Assembly (NCBI GenBank): GCA_948468595.1
Contig: CAOKIU010000002.1
Span: 369-64,368 of the forward strand
From: an uncultured Christensenella sp.
Lineage (GTDB): Bacteria; Bacillota; Clostridia; Christensenellales; UBA1750
Direction of reading: 5' to 3'
Length of the DNA: 64,000 nt
The notes under the pieces are model-generated. The model did not search any database and was not told the origin of the DNA. It was given only the letters and a program-made list of their open reading frames with translations. The position numbers and the translations under genes were made by a program. Positions 59,637-64,000 of this stretch are shown one piece after another (the first letter of the stretch is position 1; every line of letters starts with the position of its first letter).

Positions 59637-59670
59637 CGTCGCATCTCCTTCACCATCCGCCATACCGGGT

Positions 59671-60390
59671 TCAAAATCCCGGTCCCGATCCATCGCCCGC
59701 AGAAAGCGCGCGCATCCGGTACCCCACGCCGCGCACCGTCTGAATATAGTCTTTGGCGCCCGCCTCGTCCAGCTTGCGGCGCAGGTTGGTCATGTGCATG
59801 TCCACCGCGCGCGCTCCGCCCTCAAAGTCAGCGCTCCAAAGGGCGCCCAGCAGGTTCTCGCGCGAATGCACCCAGTTGGGCCTCTCCATGAGCTTACAGA
59901 GAATGTCGTATTCCTTGGGGGAAAGCGCCAGGGGTCTGCCGTCCACCTTGGCGCAGTGCTCGCGGGGATAAATGGCAAGGCAGCCGTGCGCCAGCGCTGC
60001 GGGCTCCCCTTGGTCCCATTGACGCCGCCGCAGCTGCGCCCGCACGCGGGAGACCATCTCCCTAAAGGAGAAGGGCTTGGTCAGGTAGTCGTCCGCCCCC
60101 GCCTCCAGGCCCAGGACGCGGTCCACCTCCTCGGCCTTGGCCGTGAGCATGATCACCGGCAGCGCGCGCGTCCGCTCGTTCCTCCGAACGGCGGAAAGCA
60201 CCTCCATGCCGTCCGCGCCGCCGGGCAGCATCCAATCCAACAACAGCACGTCCGGCCGCTCCCCCGGCAGCGCGCGCAGGAACGCCTCCCCCGTCTCATA
60301 CGCATGCGGCTCATATCCAGCGGATTTAAGGTGCAGGCAAATCAGGCGGGAAATGGCTTGCTCATCCTCCACAACCGCGATTACCGCCAT
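59671..60390 (-). CDS. phoB: Phosphate regulon response regulator (OmpR family)
   Basis: VEDE, LDWMLP, KPFS and VRGVGY. Confidence 0.88.
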   Translation of the reverse strand: MAVIAVVEDEQAISRLICLHLKSAGYEPHAYETGEAFLRALPGERPDVLLLDWMLPGGADGMEVLSAVRRNERTRALPVIMLTAKAEEVDRVLGLEAGADDYLTKPFSFREMVSRVRAQLRRRQWDQGEPAALAHGCLAIYPREHCAKVDGRPLALSPKEYDILCKLMERPNWVHSRENLLGALWSADFEGGARAVDMHMTNLRRKLDEAGAKDYIQTVRGVGYRMRALSAGDGSGPGF

Positions 60391-60443
60391 AGATCCTCCC
60401 CCTTTTTTTCATTATAGCGCATTTTTCGCCGGACGCATAGGGA

Positions 60444-61118
60444 CTAGGGTTCTTCTGCGCGCAGATCCTTGTCCTGCGGGTGGCATCCGGTGCTCAAATA
60501 GATGCTCCACTCCCCGATGTTGGTGGCGTGGTCCGCGATGCGTTCCAGATACTTGGCCACAAACAGCATATCCACCGCTTGGGATACGGCGTCGGGGCTC
60601 TCACGCATGATGTTGGTCAGGCTCAGCACCACCCGCTCAAACGCGGCGTCCACAATGTCGTCGCGCCGGGTCACGCCGCGGGCCTTTTCCACGTCGTTGT
60701 CAATGTAGGCATTCAGTGCGTCGCGCACCATGCCGCGCGCGGTATCGGCCATCAGGCGAAAGTCCGCCATGGGGTGGATCTGCTGCTTGCCGAGCATGCG
60801 CTCGGTCATGGCCGCAATGTCGGCGCACTGGTCGCCGATGCGCTCCAAGTCCGAAATAATGCCCATGGCCGCGGTCACGGCCCGCAGGTCGCCCGCCACC
60901 GGGGAAAACCTGGCCAGGATGGTCAGGCACTGGGTCTCGATGCGGCGCTCCATGTCGTCGATGCGGTCATCCCGCGCGATCACCTGCTCGGCCAGGTCGC
61001 GGTCCGGCTGCGCAATGACGCCCAGCACTTCGTCAATGCCGCGCTCGCAAAGGCTGCCCATTTCCAATAGTTCGTCGTTCAAGCTATCCATGGCGCTGTT
61101 CATCAAAATTCTGTTCAT
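60444..61118 (-). CDS. phoU: Phosphate signalling protein PhoU
   Basis: DLERIGD and YLERIADHATNI. Confidence 0.95.
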   Translation of the reverse strand: MNRILMNSAMDSLNDELLEMGSLCERGIDEVLGVIAQPDRDLAEQVIARDDRIDDMERRIETQCLTILARFSPVAGDLRAVTAAMGIISDLERIGDQCADIAAMTERMLGKQQIHPMADFRLMADTARGMVRDALNAYIDNDVEKARGVTRRDDIVDAAFERVVLSLTNIMRESPDAVSQAVDMLFVAKYLERIADHATNIGEWSIYLSTGCHPQDKDLRAEEP

Positions 61119-61128
61119 CCTGTCCTCC

Positions 61129-61881
61129 TTAGCCAAATCTGCCGGTGATGTAGTCCTCCGTTCGCTTGTCCATGGGCCTTTGGAAGATTTGCAGCGTGTC
61201 GCCCGCTTCGACGATCTCTCCCTTTAGGAAGAACGCCGTCCGGTCCGCAATGCGCGCGGCCTGCTGCATGTTGTGCGTGACAATGACAATGCAATACCGC
61301 TTCTTGAGCTCGGCCATCAGGTCCTCGATGCGCTGGGTGGAGATGGGGTCCAGGGCGCTGGTGGGCTCATCCATCAGCAAGACCTCCGGCTCCACGGCCA
61401 GCACCCTTGCGATGCACAGGCGCTGCTGCTGCCCGCCGGAGAGGCCCAGCGCGCTTTTGCGCAGCCGATCTCCCACCTCGTCCCAAAGCGCCGCGCCGCG
61501 CAGGGCCGCCTCCACGATCTCGTCCAGCTGCTTTTTGCGGCGGATGCCGTGTATGCGCGGGCCGTAGGCCACGTTGTCGTAGATGGACATGGGAAAGGGG
61601 TTGGGCTTTTGAAACACCATGCCCACGCGCTTGCGCAGGCGGGCCAGGTCGTATCCCTTTGCGAAGATGTCCTCGCCGTCCAGCCGCACGTCGCCTTGAA
61701 TGCGCACGCCGTCCACCAGGTCGTTCATGCGGTTGAGGGTCTTAAGGAATGTGGACTTTCCACAGCCGGAGGGCCCGATCAGGGCCGTTACGCTGTTTGC
61801 CTCCATCTCCAGCGACACGTCCTTGAGGGCGCAAAAATCGCCGTACCAAAGGGAAAGATTTCGAGCGCTCATCTTGTTCAT
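61129..61881 (-). CDS. pstB: Phosphate ABC transporter ATPase
   Basis: [24 protein letters not shown] and YITGRFG. Confidence 0.96.
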   Translation of the reverse strand: MNKMSARNLSLWYGDFCALKDVSLEMEANSVTALIGPSGCGKSTFLKTLNRMNDLVDGVRIQGDVRLDGEDIFAKGYDLARLRKRVGMVFQKPNPFPMSIYDNVAYGPRIHGIRRKKQLDEIVEAALRGAALWDEVGDRLRKSALGLSGGQQQRLCIARVLAVEPEVLLMDEPTSALDPISTQRIEDLMAELKKRYCIVIVTHNMQQAARIADRTAFFLKGEIVEAGDTLQIFQRPMDKRTEDYITGRFG

Positions 61882-62720
61882 GTCTTTGCTCCTCCTGTAA
61901 ACCTTTGGGACATGCGCCGCGCAATCCAGCTCGCCAGCGCGTTGAGCCCCACAATGATGACGATGAGAACAGTGGCCGTGGCAAACGCCTCCCCGGCGCC
62001 CAGCCCCTCCTTGACCAAGAGATACAGATGCACCGCCAGAGAGCGCGTGGAGGAAAACACCGTCTGCGGGGCCTTGGCCATGGTGCCCGCCGTGTAGTAG
62101 ACCGCCGCCGTCTCCCCCATGACGCGACCCATGGAGAGAATGATCGCCGAGAGGATACCAGGCACGGCGCTGGGCAGCACCACGCGCATGAGGGTGGTCA
62201 GCTTGCCCGCGCCCAGGGCCAGGCTGCCCTCGCGGTAGCTGACCGGCACGGTAAAGAGCGCCTCCTCCGTGGCGCGGATGATGACGGGCAGCACCATGAT
62301 CGCCAGCGTCAGCGCCGAGGAGAGCAGGGAGAATCCAAAGGCGCACTGCATCACGAAGAAGGTGTAGCCAAATAGGCCGTAGAGGATGGAGGGAATGCCG
62401 GCAAGCGACTCCACGCAAAAGCGAATGGCGGTCAACACCCTGCCCCTTTTGGCGTACTCCGCCATATAGATGGCGGCAAACACCCCCACCGGCACGGCAA
62501 TGGCCAGGGTAAGGCCCGCGATTCCCAGCGTGCCCCAAATGATCTGGCGGATGCCGGTAAGCCCCAACCCGGGCTTGTAGACGGTGGAAAGGAACTGCCA
62601 GTTGACGCCCGGAATGCCGCGCGAGAGCACATAGATCAGAATCACCGCCAGAAACGCGATGGATAGCGCGCCGCAGAGCCACAGCAGGATATAACCCAGG
62701 GCATCCAGGATTTTGCGCAC
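61878..62720 (-). CDS. pstA: Phosphate ABC transporter permease
   Basis: [20 protein letters not shown] and GETA. Confidence 0.94.
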   Translation of the reverse strand: MRKILDALGYILLWLCGALSIAFLAVILIYVLSRGIPGVNWQFLSTVYKPGLGLTGIRQIIWGTLGIAGLTLAIAVPVGVFAAIYMAEYAKRGRVLTAIRFCVESLAGIPSILYGLFGYTFFVMQCAFGFSLLSSALTLAIMVLPVIIRATEEALFTVPVSYREGSLALGAGKLTTLMRVVLPSAVPGILSAIILSMGRVMGETAAVYYTAGTMAKAPQTVFSSTRSLAVHLYLLVKEGLGAGEAFATATVLIVIIVGLNALASWIARRMSQRFTGGAKT

Positions 62721-62721
62721 G

Positions 62722-63588
62722 TCAGCGTCCCCCCTTTCCGCCGCGAAGGGCTAGATGCGACGCGATATTGATCCCCACAATGAACAGCAGCAGCACAACG
62801 CCCGTCAGGTACAGCGCCTCCTCGTGCAGGCCGCTGGCGTAGGAAAGCTCCAGGGCGATGTTGGCCGTCAGCGGGCGCACGGGGTCCAGTATGGAGGAGG
62901 GCAGCGCCGCGCGATTGCCCGCCACCAGGATGACCGCCATGGTCTCCCCAATGGCGCGGCCGGTGGAGAGCACAAAGGCGTTGAGCACGCCGGACTTGGC
63001 CGCGGGCAGGGTGACGCGCAGCATCGTCTGCATCTTCGTGGCGCCAAGGGCCAGGCTGCCTTCGCGGTAGGCAGCGGGCACGGCGCGCAGGGCGGTCTCC
63101 GCCAGGGAGACCATCGTAGGCAGAATCATGGCCGAGAGAATGACGATCACCGCCAGCAAGCTGTTGCCCGTGCCGCCGAACCACTGGGTGATCAGGGGCA
63201 CAACGGCCATCAGACCAAAGAAGCCGTACACCACCGAGGGAATGCCCGCCAGCAAGTGGATGAGGGGGCGCATCATTCCAGCCAGGGCGCGGGGCGCGAC
63301 CTCGGCCAGCAGCAGTGCGCACGCAAGGCCGATCAGCCCGCCGGCCACCGCCGCCCCCAGGGTGGAGAGCAGCGATGCCGCGATCATGGGCGCAATGCCG
63401 AACTTCTCCGCCGAGGGTTGCCAGACCGTGCCGGAGATGAAGGGCCACAGGCCGATCTTGGACGCAGCGGGCACGCCCTTGGCCACCAAAAAGACCACAA
63501 TCAGCGCGAGCGCCAGCACAGCGGCCGCCGCGCACAGAAAAAAACCGGTCTCCGCAACCCTCTCCAGGGCTTTTTTCATTCGTTTCAA
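62722..63588 (-). CDS. pstC: Phosphate ABC transporter permease
   Basis: WQP..FG, LAGIPSVVYG and RAIGETMAV. Start is TTG 63588 or ATG 63579. Confidence 0.94.
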   Translation of the reverse strand: MKRMKKALERVAETGFFLCAAAAVLALALIVVFLVAKGVPAASKIGLWPFISGTVWQPSAEKFGIAPMIAASLLSTLGAAVAGGLIGLACALLLAEVAPRALAGMMRPLIHLLAGIPSVVYGFFGLMAVVPLITQWFGGTGNSLLAVIVILSAMILPTMVSLAETALRAVPAAYREGSLALGATKMQTMLRVTLPAAKSGVLNAFVLSTGRAIGETMAVILVAGNRAALPSSILDPVRPLTANIALELSYASGLHEEALYLTGVVLLLFIVGINIASHLALRGGKGGR

Positions 63589-63673
63589 AGGCTTCCCTCC
63601 CAGACTTTTCGCGCGCAGCATGCCTGCGGGCGATGCGCGCATACCTGCCGCGCACCGCCTGCCCCGCCGCGCT

Positions 63674-64000
63674 TTACTTTACGGCGATGTATTTGTGTTC
63701 CCGCACGACCGCCTGCCCCTCCTCGGAGAGGGCAAACTGTAAAAACGCCTCGCTGATCTCTTCCGACGCCGAGCCGGCGACCAGCAGGAAGGGCCTTGCA
63801 AGGGCATAGGCGCCGCTCAAGATGTTCTCCTGCGTGCAGGCCACGCCGTCTACGTCCACCGCGGTGACCAGGTTGCCGTCATAGGAGCCCAAGGAGACGT
63901 AGCCGATGGCGCCGGGCTTGCCGGAGACGGTTGTGGAGACCGCGTTGGTGGAATCGGCAATGAGGGCGCGGCTCTCGTCCGTCAGGGAGACGGTATTGCC
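63674..64000 (-). CDS. pstS: Phosphate ABC transporter substrate-binding protein, 3' part only
   Basis: AIGYVSLG, VDGV, Y.LARPF and FALSEEGQ; runs off the window edge. Confidence 0.88.
   Translation of the reverse strand, partial: GNTVSLTDESRALIADSTNAVSTTVSGKPGAIGYVSLGSYDGNLVTAVDVDGVACTQENILSGAYALARPFLLVAGSASEEISEAFLQFALSEEGQAVVREHKYIAVK

Overview
A GC-rich chromosomal segment from a spore-forming Clostridia-class bacterium, possibly Christensenellales-like (inference from gene order and RBS style). Most of it is core genome: prsA-mfd-pth-glmU-purR/murC, T-box-pheST-zapA, murB-rapZ-whiA-HPr-like, dnaE-pfkA, L20 leader-infC-rpmI-rplT, dGTPase-dnaG-sigA-trmK-nif3, and pstSCAB-phoU-phoBR. I saw no rRNA, tRNA, CRISPR array, transposase or integrase. 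The best candidate for an uncharacterised system is a translationally coupled pair at 1334-3477: a small PD-(D/E)xK nuclease and a SMARCAL1/ZRANB3-like SNF2 ATPase. Other leads are a B6-type ECF S-component coupled to a pyridoxamine-pyruvate aminotransferase-like enzyme behind a PdxR-like box; a free-standing cI/cro-like divergent Xre pair with three palindromic operators; an ArsR-HTH / GH51 / Cys-rich mini-protein locus with tandem operators; an orphan riboswitch-like terminator; and several small, AT-richer, decaying accessory inserts, including GNAT remnants. All calls come from reading motifs by eye; no searches were run.
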